From: a virus
Lineage: Duplodnaviria > Caudoviricetes
Strand: one strand, 5' to 3'
Length of the DNA: 39,792 nucleotides
IMG/VR virus record: IMGVR_UViG_3300030095_003597
Span: 1-39,792 of that record
Shown here: in pieces, positions 9,621-18,983 of the stretch
How the letters are laid out: every line of letters starts with the position of its first letter
Numbering within the stretch: the stretch's first letter is position 1
Translations under genes and position numbers: made by a program
Notes under the pieces: model-generated
What the model was told of the DNA's origin: nothing
Database searches by the model: none
Seen by the model: only the letters and a program-made list of their open reading frames with translations

Positions 9621-12600
9621 TTATTCGTCGAAAGAAGCTCCACTGTTTGTAACTACGAAGTCGATAGCGAAGAACTCTACCGCACGAGTTGGTTTCACAA
9701 GCAACTTAGCATAGATAATATTTCGGTCAACCAAGTCAGGAGTAGTAGTTGAACTATCCAATATTAGTCGGAAATCCTCAATACCATACTGAGACTTAAC
9801 ACTCTCCAAGAGAGGAGTGGCTTGACCCAGGAATCTATCCCAAGTTATCTCTGTATTAGGTCCGAATAACAATCTAGAGGCGATGAACGATATTTCACGC
9901 TTCAAGAAAATCATCAGGCGACGTACATTGATACGGTCCAGAGCAGATGCGGTTTGTTGCATCGTCTTCTGTCCAAATATTACAATGCCTTCGGCAGGGA
10001 ATTTGGCAACCGGATTAATGTTTGCTTCATATAATGTGTCTCGTTCGTCCGAAGACAAGCGGCGAGATACATCCAAGACCGGAATACCAGCCGCACCTTC
10101 GCTAAGACCACCACGGGTGAATCCAGCAGGAGCGAACCAAGGAGCTTGGTTTCTATCCGTTGAGGAGAGAACACCCAAGGCTGCTACTGAAGGCGGAGCC
10201 CACAGTACTTGGTTAGTGCTAGTGTCTTGAATCTGTACCCACGGGTAGTAGGTAGCACCGTAGCTGTTATTGATGCTACGAGATTCCAGGTTGTTGGCTG
10301 CTGCTGTTGGTGTGTTTCCAGCATTTCTTGCTTCTGCCGAACCAGTATCTTCTGTATCGGGGGTGTAAGCAAAAGGAATATCGATGAGGGCTAGTGCGTC
10401 TGCACGGTCCTCAACCATATCCAACAAGTAATCAGTTACAGTGGTGTTTGTCACCCCTGGAATCGTGATGGCATTCATTTGTACACCATCGGCGTCAGAT
10501 GCAATATCAATAGCTTTCTTCAGGGAGAAAAGAGCATAATCATCTTTTTCATCTGTTGTTGTGATGCCGCTATTTCTGAAGGGTTCTCTTTCTGTAATGT
10601 TGTAGCCATCGGAGCCACCGAACAAGACAGTAGTGAACCTATCAACGTTGCCCGAAAGCGGGCTCTTGTAAGAGTTGCCTGCCTGGGCTGTAATGCTCAA
10701 GCCATTCTTGCGGTTAGAACGTGCATAGGTATAGCCATTGCCAGCCGTTCCTGCAACGTTATCCAGAGAGAATACCCAAGAGATAACCATTGGGTCGCTG
10801 CCCGACAGTGCCGAGGTCTCAAAAGCAACATCGTGAGAAGTGCTAGAGGGGTTAGTGTTTGTCGAGGCGTCAAACGAGCGAATTCTCAAGCAATCAGGAA
10901 TCTCTTCGCTAAAGAAGGTATCTGTAGCAGTTCTTCCTGTCCAAGCACCCCAATAGGTGCTACGGGCTGACTTGGGTGTTCCCCAGGTGCTTCCTTGACG
11001 AAGCGGAACTGTTGGGAACTGAATGGAGCCAGACCAGTCAGCGCCGCCGGCAAATGCGCCGCCCATATCCGACAAGTTACGAGCTACGTTTCCACCTACC
11101 GAGTCAACAGAAGAACCAGAAACCGTTCCGAAGTTTCCTCGGTCGCCTCGAACAAGGTTAGTAATCGTTACAACATTCACAGCAGCAGAGGCTGTGACAG
11201 ATACGAGTCCGTCTACTCTTGCCAAGTGAATGGCACGAGCGACCTGTTCGGCGATATTAGTAGTAGTAGGAACGACCGAGCCGTCCGCAGAGCCAGCTAC
11301 ACCAATCTTGGTCGCCGATGTAGCAGCAGGGTATACCCCGGTCGTCTGGTTACCATCATATGTAAACGTATGAACCGTGCCGCCCGAGCCGGTTATCTTA
11401 AGAGTAGTGTTGCCGCCGAAGCCGAAACCAGCAATCGTGCTTCCCGTATTGTTAGTATTGATAGTCAGTACGGCAGTGGGGGCTGTTGCCGGAGCATATA
11501 ACACATCTTGTTCGGCACCAGCGTGTCCTGCACTGCCTAAAACATTGTGGCTACCACCAGCAACCATGGACTGGGCACACTTGCCACCACCACGAGTACC
11601 CGACAGCGGCATACCCAACAAAGGACTAAAGCCACTAGAGTTTCCTACAACACCAACATCACGATATTTAAGGGGTCCGAAGACACCGAACGGAAGAAGG
11701 CGGGGCTCCAGCGTACCGGCTGCCACGTCCTCATCCATCACAACTCGGATGTAGTTAGAGTTATTTTCAAATTGTCCATACTCTACATTGCGTTGTTCTG
11801 TCTGACTGTATACTTGATACTTGTCACCAATGATTTTGGCAATATAGTTCGGCGAAGCGGGATTGAGATTGAGTTCGTCAAATCGCTCGATAACTTGAAT
11901 TTTGTTATCTGTATCCGAAATATCTCTTACCAAGACCGAGAAGCTACCGTAAGTTTGATAGTTTCCTTCCGGAGCTTTGATATTGGAGATAGATATTTTT
12001 ACTTCCCGCTGAGTAGCTTCGCCAGCCGTAATGGCTTCGAGGCGGAATAGTTTTTGCATATCCCGAGCGTTGTAAGCAGCAGTGTTATCACTCAAATCTT
12101 GAGAGATGAAAAACCCAGTTGTTCCTCGGGTTGCAGCGCCTTCAAAATCATTCTGCTGAACTTCGACAGTATTTGTAGGATTATCCGAAGCTGAACCACT
12201 GTTTCTCATCATTGGCATCATCGCAGCATAAAACTTGCCGCTGCTGATAGCCGAGTTTAGCACACCTATAGAGTTGCTGCCCGATGGAGTCAGTGCCCGC
12301 TCAAAGCTTTCTCCCAAGAAGTACACACCGCCGTCATAAAAGTTACGAGTAGCAGTTGTAGTAATAGCACTATTAGTCACGGTGGGGTTTGTGTTCATCA
12401 CTTTGCGAATAAAGTTTTCGCTATTAGGATTAAGACTCACGGTAAGGGTCTTGTTCTTATTCGGCACCGAGCTTCCAGTGATAATCAAGTTAAGGTTATC
12501 AATGTCCGTAACCTCATATATGGTTGAGCCTGATATGCTCACTACTGTCGCATCACCGCTACCGCCAGCAGAAGAACTAGCAGCAACAGTTCCCGACACC

Positions 12601-13109
12601 AAAATACGTCCTGAGTCAAGGTAGAACTGCGCAGCGACAGCACCCGAGACAACGGTGCCGATAGAAGCTGAAGGCCATACACACAGAGCGTAAACACCAC
12701 CGGAATTATTACCTGTGTCGCCATTGGCAGTAATAGCGCCGACTTTCCAGCCAGCCTTACCGGCTGCGGTAGCACTACTGTCTTCATCACCAAGCACACG
12801 CATGAACGAGATAGGAGAGCCGTTACGAAGCCAAGCTTGAGCAGCATAGGCAGCATAAGTTGGGGCGCTTTCATTGCCCTCTCTCCAAATGTCTCCTGAT
12901 TTGCCACCCGGAACTGGGTTGCCGAAGGTTTCTACAAAAGCAGAAAAAGAGGAAACTTGAACTGGCTTATTCGCTGGTCCCCTTAGGGCACGACCAATGA
13001 TGAGCGGTCCAATATCGGTTGGTGTAGCGGGTAATTGAGAATTATCCACCTCATCAATAAAAACACCGGGTGAAATAAACTTAAACTTTCTGGAAGAGTT
13101 GTCAGACAT
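9621..13109 (-). CDS. gp18: Tail sheath protein (gp18-like) with large internal insertions
   Basis: N-terminal 'FISPGVFIDEVD'; C-terminal 'YGATYYPWV', 'PWFAPAGFTRG', 'FGQKT', 'DRINVRRL', 'VKPTRAVEFFAIDF'. Confidence 0.95.
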   Translation of the reverse strand: MSDNSSRKFKFISPGVFIDEVDNSQLPATPTDIGPLIIGRALRGPANKPVQVSSFSAFVETFGNPVPGGKSGDIWREGNESAPTYAAYAAQAWLRNGSPISFMRVLGDEDSSATAAGKAGWKVGAITANGDTGNNSGGVYALCVWPSASIGTVVSGAVAAQFYLDSGRILVSGTVAASSSAGGSGDATVVSISGSTIYEVTDIDNLNLIITGSSVPNKNKTLTVSLNPNSENFIRKVMNTNPTVTNSAITTTATRNFYDGGVYFLGESFERALTPSGSNSIGVLNSAISSGKFYAAMMPMMRNSGSASDNPTNTVEVQQNDFEGAATRGTTGFFISQDLSDNTAAYNARDMQKLFRLEAITAGEATQREVKISISNIKAPEGNYQTYGSFSVLVRDISDTDNKIQVIERFDELNLNPASPNYIAKIIGDKYQVYSQTEQRNVEYGQFENNSNYIRVVMDEDVAAGTLEPRLLPFGVFGPLKYRDVGVVGNSSGFSPLLGMPLSGTRGGGKCAQSMVAGGSHNVLGSAGHAGAEQDVLYAPATAPTAVLTINTNNTGSTIAGFGFGGNTTLKITGSGGTVHTFTYDGNQTTGVYPAATSATKIGVAGSADGSVVPTTTNIAEQVARAIHLARVDGLVSVTASAAVNVVTITNLVRGDRGNFGTVSGSSVDSVGGNVARNLSDMGGAFAGGADWSGSIQFPTVPLRQGSTWGTPKSARSTYWGAWTGRTATDTFFSEEIPDCLRIRSFDASTNTNPSSTSHDVAFETSALSGSDPMVISWVFSLDNVAGTAGNGYTYARSNRKNGLSITAQAGNSYKSPLSGNVDRFTTVLFGGSDGYNITEREPFRNSGITTTDEKDDYALFSLKKAIDIASDADGVQMNAITIPGVTNTTVTDYLLDMVEDRADALALIDIPFAYTPDTEDTGSAEARNAGNTPTAAANNLESRSINNSYGATYYPWVQIQDTSTNQVLWAPPSVAALGVLSSTDRNQAPWFAPAGFTRGGLSEGAAGIPVLDVSRRLSSDERDTLYEANINPVAKFPAEGIVIFGQKTMQQTASALDRINVRRLMIFLKREISFIASRLLFGPNTEITWDRFLGQATPLLESVKSQYGIEDFRLILDSSTTTPDLVDRNIIYAKLLVKPTRAVEFFAIDFVVTNSGASFDE

Positions 13110-13197
13110 TTATTTTTCTCTCCTTGTATATAATCATCTTTTTTGACGTATTCTAAATATAACTTGTGGTCCCGCAGGATGCACAAATCTCTACCTT

Positions 13198-13205
13198 TAA
13201 ATAGT
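13198..13205 (-). promoter_or_regulatory. Putative late promoter (ACTATTTA)
   Basis: Exact motif, intergenic, about 89 nt upstream of the sheath start. Confidence 0.6.
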
Positions 13206-13234
13206 AAGCTAGAAACCCAAATACCTTATTCTTC

Positions 13235-14116
13235 TTATCGCCTATATTTATCTTTCCGATTGGCATGAAATTCTGGTATATCTCCCACAATCGTCTGCTC
13301 TCTACCTAGGGTTACTTTAGCTGCTGATTGCCTCCGGATGACTGCTGGTCTTTCAGAGTTTTCCTGGGCATCAGTGATGTGACCCAGCACCCGGATAGTG
13401 GTGGTTGTCTTGAAAGTACGCTCGTTGGTATCCAAGGCGGCGCTCGTGCCTTCGTCATTCCAATTGGGGTCCAAGAATGCCTCGTAGCTGTGCCCTTGGT
13501 ATGTGATTGGAAAAACAGCCGGCGTGGTGAAACGGGTCAAAAAAGGAGCCAGTATTTGGTTCATCTGTTGCCTGTAATTGGAAACGATATGCAAGTCATA
13601 AGTAATTTCTAAAAATGCTGGCATTGTCACATACAACGTTTCATAAACAACTTCTTCGTTATCAAAAGGAAAAGTTTGATAAGTAGTGTCCGTTCCTTGC
13701 CCAAACCTGTTTATCGCTGTGTTATTAGCTCGGTCACGAGACTCTTTCTGTAATACCTGCCTTGCTATAGGAATTGAACCTTGTGGGTAAACCTCAAAAA
13801 ACGGCGGGATGTTTACTCCGTAGCGACCCTTCTTGGTCGGGTCACGATTAATAGAAGTCTTAGTAAGAGAAATGAGAGGATATTCTAATACATTATCATC
13901 ACTGCTCCTTAGTTCAGGATTAGCCTTAATATCAAATGCACGTTCCTTGCCAGAAAATATCACTGGCACTTTGCGAAATCCTTCATTGGATTCACAAAAG
14001 ATATTAAGCTCGTCATTAATATAGTTGTAGATAGCATAATCAATATCTTCCATTTTTGATGGAGATAGTGGATAAGTAGACTTGAGGTCTTGGTTCAAAA
14101 TAGTTCGTTTAGGCAT
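13235..14116 (-). CDS. Tail completion / terminator protein (gp15-like)
   Basis: 'EDIDYAIYNYI...KVPVIF...YPLISL...ITYDLHI..NYRQQMNQI'; between neck and sheath genes. Confidence 0.6.
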   Translation of the reverse strand: MPKRTILNQDLKSTYPLSPSKMEDIDYAIYNYINDELNIFCESNEGFRKVPVIFSGKERAFDIKANPELRSSDDNVLEYPLISLTKTSINRDPTKKGRYGVNIPPFFEVYPQGSIPIARQVLQKESRDRANNTAINRFGQGTDTTYQTFPFDNEEVVYETLYVTMPAFLEITYDLHIVSNYRQQMNQILAPFLTRFTTPAVFPITYQGHSYEAFLDPNWNDEGTSAALDTNERTFKTTTTIRVLGHITDAQENSERPAVIRRQSAAKVTLGREQTIVGDIPEFHANRKDKYRR

Positions 14117-14658
14117 TAGGTACTTCCTCCTCCCCAGCTTCCGTAATTAGGCTTCCTGCTTGGGTTAAACATCCCATTGCGGACTTGTCGGCAAGTCAAT
14201 TCTACCTCAAAAGAAGTAAAGTCAGCAAACCCTGCATCTTGACCAAACAAATATCGAGGGCTTGAAATATCTACTATCTCAAAGAATAAGTTATCATACT
14301 GAACAAAGTCTCCTAGTCGTGCAAACAGGTCTTGGTCCTGAGTGAGTCTTCTCTTGTGGAGATGAGCGGTAATATTCTTTAGCGTATTAAAGCCGTACTC
14401 TTCTTGGGTCCTATCCGAACCTTGGTATTCTATAAGACCATAAACTCTAACGGGAGAGATAAAAGATTTTTTTATTGCCTCCCCATATAAAGGATGATAA
14501 TCAGAGTTTGTAATATCAATAGGAAAATAAAGTATCTGTTGTCCAACAACTTTCTCGATTACTTCATCATTTATTTGTTTTACAAAATTACGCTCTGCCT
14601 GCCCCACAAACATTGGGGGTGGTGGCTGTACCGGCTGAGACCATCTATTATCACTCAT
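14116..14658 (-). CDS. Neck / head closure protein (gp14-like)
   Basis: 'QILYFPID...HPLYGEA...GDFVQY'; follows the gp13-like gene. Confidence 0.65.
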   Translation of the reverse strand: MSDNRWSQPVQPPPPMFVGQAERNFVKQINDEVIEKVVGQQILYFPIDITNSDYHPLYGEAIKKSFISPVRVYGLIEYQGSDRTQEEYGFNTLKNITAHLHKRRLTQDQDLFARLGDFVQYDNLFFEIVDISSPRYLFGQDAGFADFTSFEVELTCRQVRNGMFNPSRKPNYGSWGGGST

Positions 14659-14664
14659 ATATTA

Positions 14665-15912
14665 CTATCCCACATAGATTCCGACTGGAATATGTTTAAC
14701 AACTTCGGACACGCTATTCTGAAGGGCAGCATCTCCTTCCGCCAGCTTGCCATATACCATTTCATCCAACACGGTCTTCAGTTCGTCCCGCAAAGCAGCT
14801 TGTTCTTCTTTAGCCTCGCTTACAAGGGCTGGACCATTTAGGGTCACATCATTTCCTGGAATAGGAATAGATGCTAGCTTTGAGCGTACCTGACCTAGAG
14901 TTTCTTTTGCGGAGGCTAGAGCAAAACGTCGGCACCATTGCTTACCAATGCTGTTAATGTTTTTATAGGGAACATTGGGAAAGGGCAGCGTATTAACGTT
15001 ACTAACACCATCTGCTCCATACTTGCGGTCTTCCGACTCTGTAAATGCTTCCTCTGCGACCCTGAACTCTACCCAGAACTTTTTTGGGTTTGCTCCATCA
15101 GGAGTTGGGTATATTCTTAGTTTATTATTATTAATCTCAAACGAATAGTGAGAAGCACGAACGTTCATATCTTCTTTGAATGCGTATGCCTGCAAAACGT
15201 TCTGCCATGCAGGAACCAATTCGAAGGTGCTATCGTCTGCATACATTCCATATGTAGAAAGATTACCAACTGCTCCAATACTATATCCTCCAAAGAAATT
15301 CCACATTGACTGAGGAGTCTTATAAAATACTCTTTGGATTGTAATGGCACTTTTGCCCACCTGATTTTGGAAAGGAACCGCTCCCAAGGAGGCAGTGTAT
15401 ATTATCTTCTGTAAATCATAATCTTGCTGGTTTTGTACCGTTGTAAATGAAGCCGAGTATATTGTTTGAGAGGCTCCTATGGGAACGTGTACTCCAGCAC
15501 CTCGACCAATATGAGTAGCATAGCCTAATTGAAATCTAGGAAACTTAAGATTGGGCTTGACATTAGTGCCAGGCTCATATGAAGTGAACTCGCCATCCTG
15601 ATTGAAGGAACCTGTAGAAGTTCCCAACATATCTGAAAGAACATTCTTTGCCTGATGAGTGTTTACAAGATAGGAATATTCGAGACAAGCCTCTTCATAC
15701 GCATTATACACGTTGGATGGAGTAATTTCTAGGTCTAGAACATTGCCACCTAATTTCTGGTAGGTGTAGGCTACTTGGTCTACAGCGCCGCTAACGAAGG
15801 CAGGTGTGCTGTATATTCCGTAGGATAAGGAGGTTATAACCTGATTGTGCGTCCCAGTGGCGGGAAGTATTATTGCACTTACAGTGCTAAGTGGTTGTAA
15901 GTTTGTGGGCAT
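14665..15912 (-). CDS. Neck protein (gp13-like head-tail adaptor)
   Basis: 'KLGGNVLDLEI', 'WCRRFALASAKETLGQVRSK...IPG..VTLNGPALVSEAKEE'; first gene after the capsid. Confidence 0.75.
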   Translation of the reverse strand: MPTNLQPLSTVSAIILPATGTHNQVITSLSYGIYSTPAFVSGAVDQVAYTYQKLGGNVLDLEITPSNVYNAYEEACLEYSYLVNTHQAKNVLSDMLGTSTGSFNQDGEFTSYEPGTNVKPNLKFPRFQLGYATHIGRGAGVHVPIGASQTIYSASFTTVQNQQDYDLQKIIYTASLGAVPFQNQVGKSAITIQRVFYKTPQSMWNFFGGYSIGAVGNLSTYGMYADDSTFELVPAWQNVLQAYAFKEDMNVRASHYSFEINNNKLRIYPTPDGANPKKFWVEFRVAEEAFTESEDRKYGADGVSNVNTLPFPNVPYKNINSIGKQWCRRFALASAKETLGQVRSKLASIPIPGNDVTLNGPALVSEAKEEQAALRDELKTVLDEMVYGKLAEGDAALQNSVSEVVKHIPVGIYVG

Positions 15913-15935
15913 TGCCTATCCTCATTTGGTTTACT

Positions 15936-15943
15936 TAAATAGT
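15936..15943 (-). promoter_or_regulatory. Putative late promoter (ACTATTTA)
   Basis: Exact motif between the capsid terminator and the neck gene, about 24 nt upstream of the ATG. Confidence 0.65.
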
Positions 15944-15977
15944 TTTTTACTTGCCTAATGTTAACTTTTACTCACAT

Positions 15978-16007
15978 AAAAGAAAACCCCGCCACTAGGA
16001 CGGGGTT
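15978..16007 (-). terminator. Rho-independent terminator after the major capsid gene
   Basis: Minus strand AACCCCGTC-CTAGT-GGCGGGGTT followed by TTCTTTT, about 30 nt after the capsid stop. Confidence 0.85.
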
Positions 16008-16036
16008 CCCTTCAGTTGTATTCAACTATTTATCTC

Positions 16037-17887
16037 TTACGCTCGCTTACCTTGTGCGTCAGAAATAAGGTCGGCTACGACAACCAGTCCGTACATGTCA
16101 GGACGAACCATCTTCTTGGCGTAGCGAGTCATCACGCCCTTGCGGGGCACGAAGTCTTCGGTACCAAAGATGGTAGGCGTGACTTGCAGCGGAACATAAG
16201 GAGCATAGACATATCCACTTTCGAGGAAGCTGCTACCCTTACGAGCCACAAGGATAAGGTTACGAGGGAAGTATGGGTCAACCATAACGTCCATCTTGCG
16301 GCTGATAGAACCAACGTTCTTCACGCCCCAAGAACCCTTCTCGTCGTCAACTCCAACCGCAGCACGGAAGCCGCTGGTGAACTCAAGGAGTCCAGCAACC
16401 TCAGGAGATGTCACGATGACATTTCCGCCGCCACGCAGGGTCTTACGATGAATACGAGCACTCACGTCGTTTACAGTCTCAAGAAGGGTCTCATACCATT
16501 CCGAAACAGTACCTGTGAAGTCAGGGTATTGGATAACGGTGGGACCACCATCCAACATCGCTCCCGTTTCACGGTTCAGGAACTTACCGGGACTACGAGA
16601 CCAGTACAAGGTTGCAGCAGTTGCGCCCTTGATAAGGTCTTCGAGGATTTCCTGGTCAATCTCAAGAGCAATTTGCTCAGAGAGGATGCTTGTCAATTCA
16701 ACTTCAGCGTCGAGGTTGTGATAAGCGTTCAAGTCCTGAGCCAACTCAGGGGTCCACTTAGCTTTCAACTTCTTGCTCAAAGCTGTAACGGCAACACTGT
16801 CCACCTTGATATCAATCTCGGGGATGCGACCGTTGTTTTCAAGCTGAAGCTCGGTAGCAGCGATAGAACCAAGTCCTGTTCCCTGCTGCCATGTGTCAGC
16901 CAATGCATACGAAGAGGACATGTTACTAAGTCCGGCTCCGCCTACTCGGGTGCTTCCCAAGACACAGTACTGCAACGCCTGAGCGTTGTCGCCCTGGAAG
17001 CCGTTGGCAACCGATGGGACGAATCCTGGCATAGCAAAGACCATGCGGACTGTACCTTCTGGTGTAATTTCCGTCAAGTGTCTTACCTGGAAGGCTCCAG
17101 AAGCATTACCAACAATCCCGCCACCGGGCTGCGATGTTGCGGCTTGACCACCCGACATGGCGATAGACACCAAGTTCTCAAGGTTGAGATTTGGGAAGTC
17201 TGTCTGGTGTACATTAGATGATGTAGCTACAACATATGCTGTACTCCCAACTGTATTAACAGCACCAGATGTGAAAGCCGGGTCCGAACGCAAGGCTGTA
17301 AACTGAGCGCCGCCGGGACGAGAAGCCTGGTCACCATAAGTACCACTAGCAATGGGAAGCATACGCACCAAGCCAGAACCCGTGGGGCTGGCGTAGCCGT
17401 TATTCAAGCCATAGAAGCTGCGGTCAGAGCCAGTTGCTCCACCGAGGTTTACACCACCGGTAAGCTGCTCTCCAACAACACCGCCGCCATAGAGCGAGTT
17501 GCCAAAACGATTTCCAAGACGGAACTCTTCCGCACTGGATTGGCTTCCATCGCTACTAAAAGTGAAGTCGAGGAAGAAGATGAGTCCACTCGGGAGGCTC
17601 ATCGGTTGTACAGAAACAATGTCCTGTGCCAAAAGGTTGCCGAATACACGACGAACGATTGGGAATGCAACTGCGGCAAAACCTTCTACATCACCACCAG
17701 ACATGGTGCTGGTTTCTTTAAGAAGCTGGGCTGCTTGGTTTTCGAGAAGACGAGACATGTTGGCACGACCAACATCATCCATACCTTCAAGAAGACCAGT
17801 ACGCTCCCACTTCTGTAGAAGAGCTTCACCCTCATTGGAAAGAGAGCGTGCTCTAATTCCTTCTGTTAGGGTTTCGATTACTGACAT
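16037..17887 (-). CDS. gp23: Major capsid protein (T4 gp23-like)
   Basis: 'FPIVRRVF...VSVQPMSLPSGLIFFLDF', 'KLKAKWTPELAQDLNAYH.LDAEVELTSILSEQIALEIDQEI', 'YAPYVPL', 'GVMTRYA'. Confidence 0.97.
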   Translation of the reverse strand: MSVIETLTEGIRARSLSNEGEALLQKWERTGLLEGMDDVGRANMSRLLENQAAQLLKETSTMSGGDVEGFAAVAFPIVRRVFGNLLAQDIVSVQPMSLPSGLIFFLDFTFSSDGSQSSAEEFRLGNRFGNSLYGGGVVGEQLTGGVNLGGATGSDRSFYGLNNGYASPTGSGLVRMLPIASGTYGDQASRPGGAQFTALRSDPAFTSGAVNTVGSTAYVVATSSNVHQTDFPNLNLENLVSIAMSGGQAATSQPGGGIVGNASGAFQVRHLTEITPEGTVRMVFAMPGFVPSVANGFQGDNAQALQYCVLGSTRVGGAGLSNMSSSYALADTWQQGTGLGSIAATELQLENNGRIPEIDIKVDSVAVTALSKKLKAKWTPELAQDLNAYHNLDAEVELTSILSEQIALEIDQEILEDLIKGATAATLYWSRSPGKFLNRETGAMLDGGPTVIQYPDFTGTVSEWYETLLETVNDVSARIHRKTLRGGGNVIVTSPEVAGLLEFTSGFRAAVGVDDEKGSWGVKNVGSISRKMDVMVDPYFPRNLILVARKGSSFLESGYVYAPYVPLQVTPTIFGTEDFVPRKGVMTRYAKKMVRPDMYGLVVVADLISDAQGKRA

Positions 17888-17912
17888 TTTTTTATCTCCT
17901 TTAGATTTTTAT

Positions 17913-18905
17913 TCAGTTCTTTTTCATACCTGCGAGGGTTGCCCACCGATTATAAGTCGAGTCGCCCGCTGGGTTTGAAGTTTCAGACTCTCTGCGTCCG
18001 CTTAGGATTACAGAAGAACGTTTCGTCACAGCTTCAGACAACGATTGAGGGGACTTTCTTTCCTGTCCTGCCATTGTCTTTTGAAGAGTTTCGTAAACTG
18101 TCTTCGCTTCTTCCACCGAACGTGCTTTTCCGACCATATCGGCAATTTTGTGCTTTTGCCGCTCATTCAAGGAGTTGTCAGTTAGGACACGATTCGCATA
18201 CAATAACCTCGCATTTTGCAAGGATACTTCTTCTAATACTTGTGCAGCACTCTTAAGGTGTTCCTTTAAAGTGCTGTTTTGTGTTTTAAGTTCTGTGTTT
18301 GTTCTGGCGAGGGATTCGTTCTTCTCTTGGGCACGACGATATGCTTCTGCATCTTTCTCGTCCATTCCATCTGTATAGTCATATTCTACTTCGATGTCTT
18401 GCTCAAGGTCAATTTGGTCCAATTCCTCTTTTTCTATTTTCTGTGCTGTCCGGTCAAGTTGAACTTGCGGCACGTCTATGGCTAACAATTCAGTAAACAT
18501 ATCTACAAGCTCACTCTCGTCGATGCTTACCTCGTCGTCTGTGCGATTTGCTGGTTCGTCAAGTTCGATTCCAACTTCATCCGCAATTTCTTGACGGTCC
18601 ATTTGAAAATCTTCGTCTTGGTCTTCGGCAGCAGAGGCAGCGATGATATCGTCCAAGTCTACTGTTACGATTTCCTCATCGCTGTTGGGTTCACCAGCAA
18701 CGTGAGCCATTGGAATATCTGCCATCACTGAATCTTCTTCAGTTGGTTCTTCTGCACCATCAAGAGGCTCTTCTTCTAAAAGCTGGCTAACAGCAGTCTT
18801 TACTTCGTCAGAATACTTTTCGACGATAGCTGCTTGAGCGTTCTTTAGTGCTGCTTCACGCAGCGTTTGAGCATCTACAATAGCTTGTTCGAGCATATTA
18901 GACAT
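17913..18905 (-). CDS. Prohead core scaffold protein (gp22-like)
   Basis: Highly acidic middle, coiled-coil C-terminal half ('EVSLQNARLLYAN'), many LxE sites, ends 'RWATLAGMKKN'; directly upstream of the capsid gene. Confidence 0.8.
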   Translation of the reverse strand: MSNMLEQAIVDAQTLREAALKNAQAAIVEKYSDEVKTAVSQLLEEEPLDGAEEPTEEDSVMADIPMAHVAGEPNSDEEIVTVDLDDIIAASAAEDQDEDFQMDRQEIADEVGIELDEPANRTDDEVSIDESELVDMFTELLAIDVPQVQLDRTAQKIEKEELDQIDLEQDIEVEYDYTDGMDEKDAEAYRRAQEKNESLARTNTELKTQNSTLKEHLKSAAQVLEEVSLQNARLLYANRVLTDNSLNERQKHKIADMVGKARSVEEAKTVYETLQKTMAGQERKSPQSLSEAVTKRSSVILSGRRESETSNPAGDSTYNRWATLAGMKKN

Positions 18906-18939
18906 ATAGAATCCTCTCTGTATAGAATATACATCATTC

Positions 18940-18947
18940 TAAATAGT
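18940..18947 (-). promoter_or_regulatory. Putative late promoter (ACTATTTA)
   Basis: Exact motif, intergenic, about 35 nt upstream of the scaffold ATG. Confidence 0.65.
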
Positions 18948-18983
18948 TTTTTATTTGAGGAAACGCCTAGAAATATATGCTGG

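Noticed and set aside
16016-17221. 401-aa plus-strand ORF and the other plus-strand ORFs in the track
   Set aside because: They lie antisense to clear minus-strand genes, show no recognisable motifs, and are best explained as shadow ORFs.
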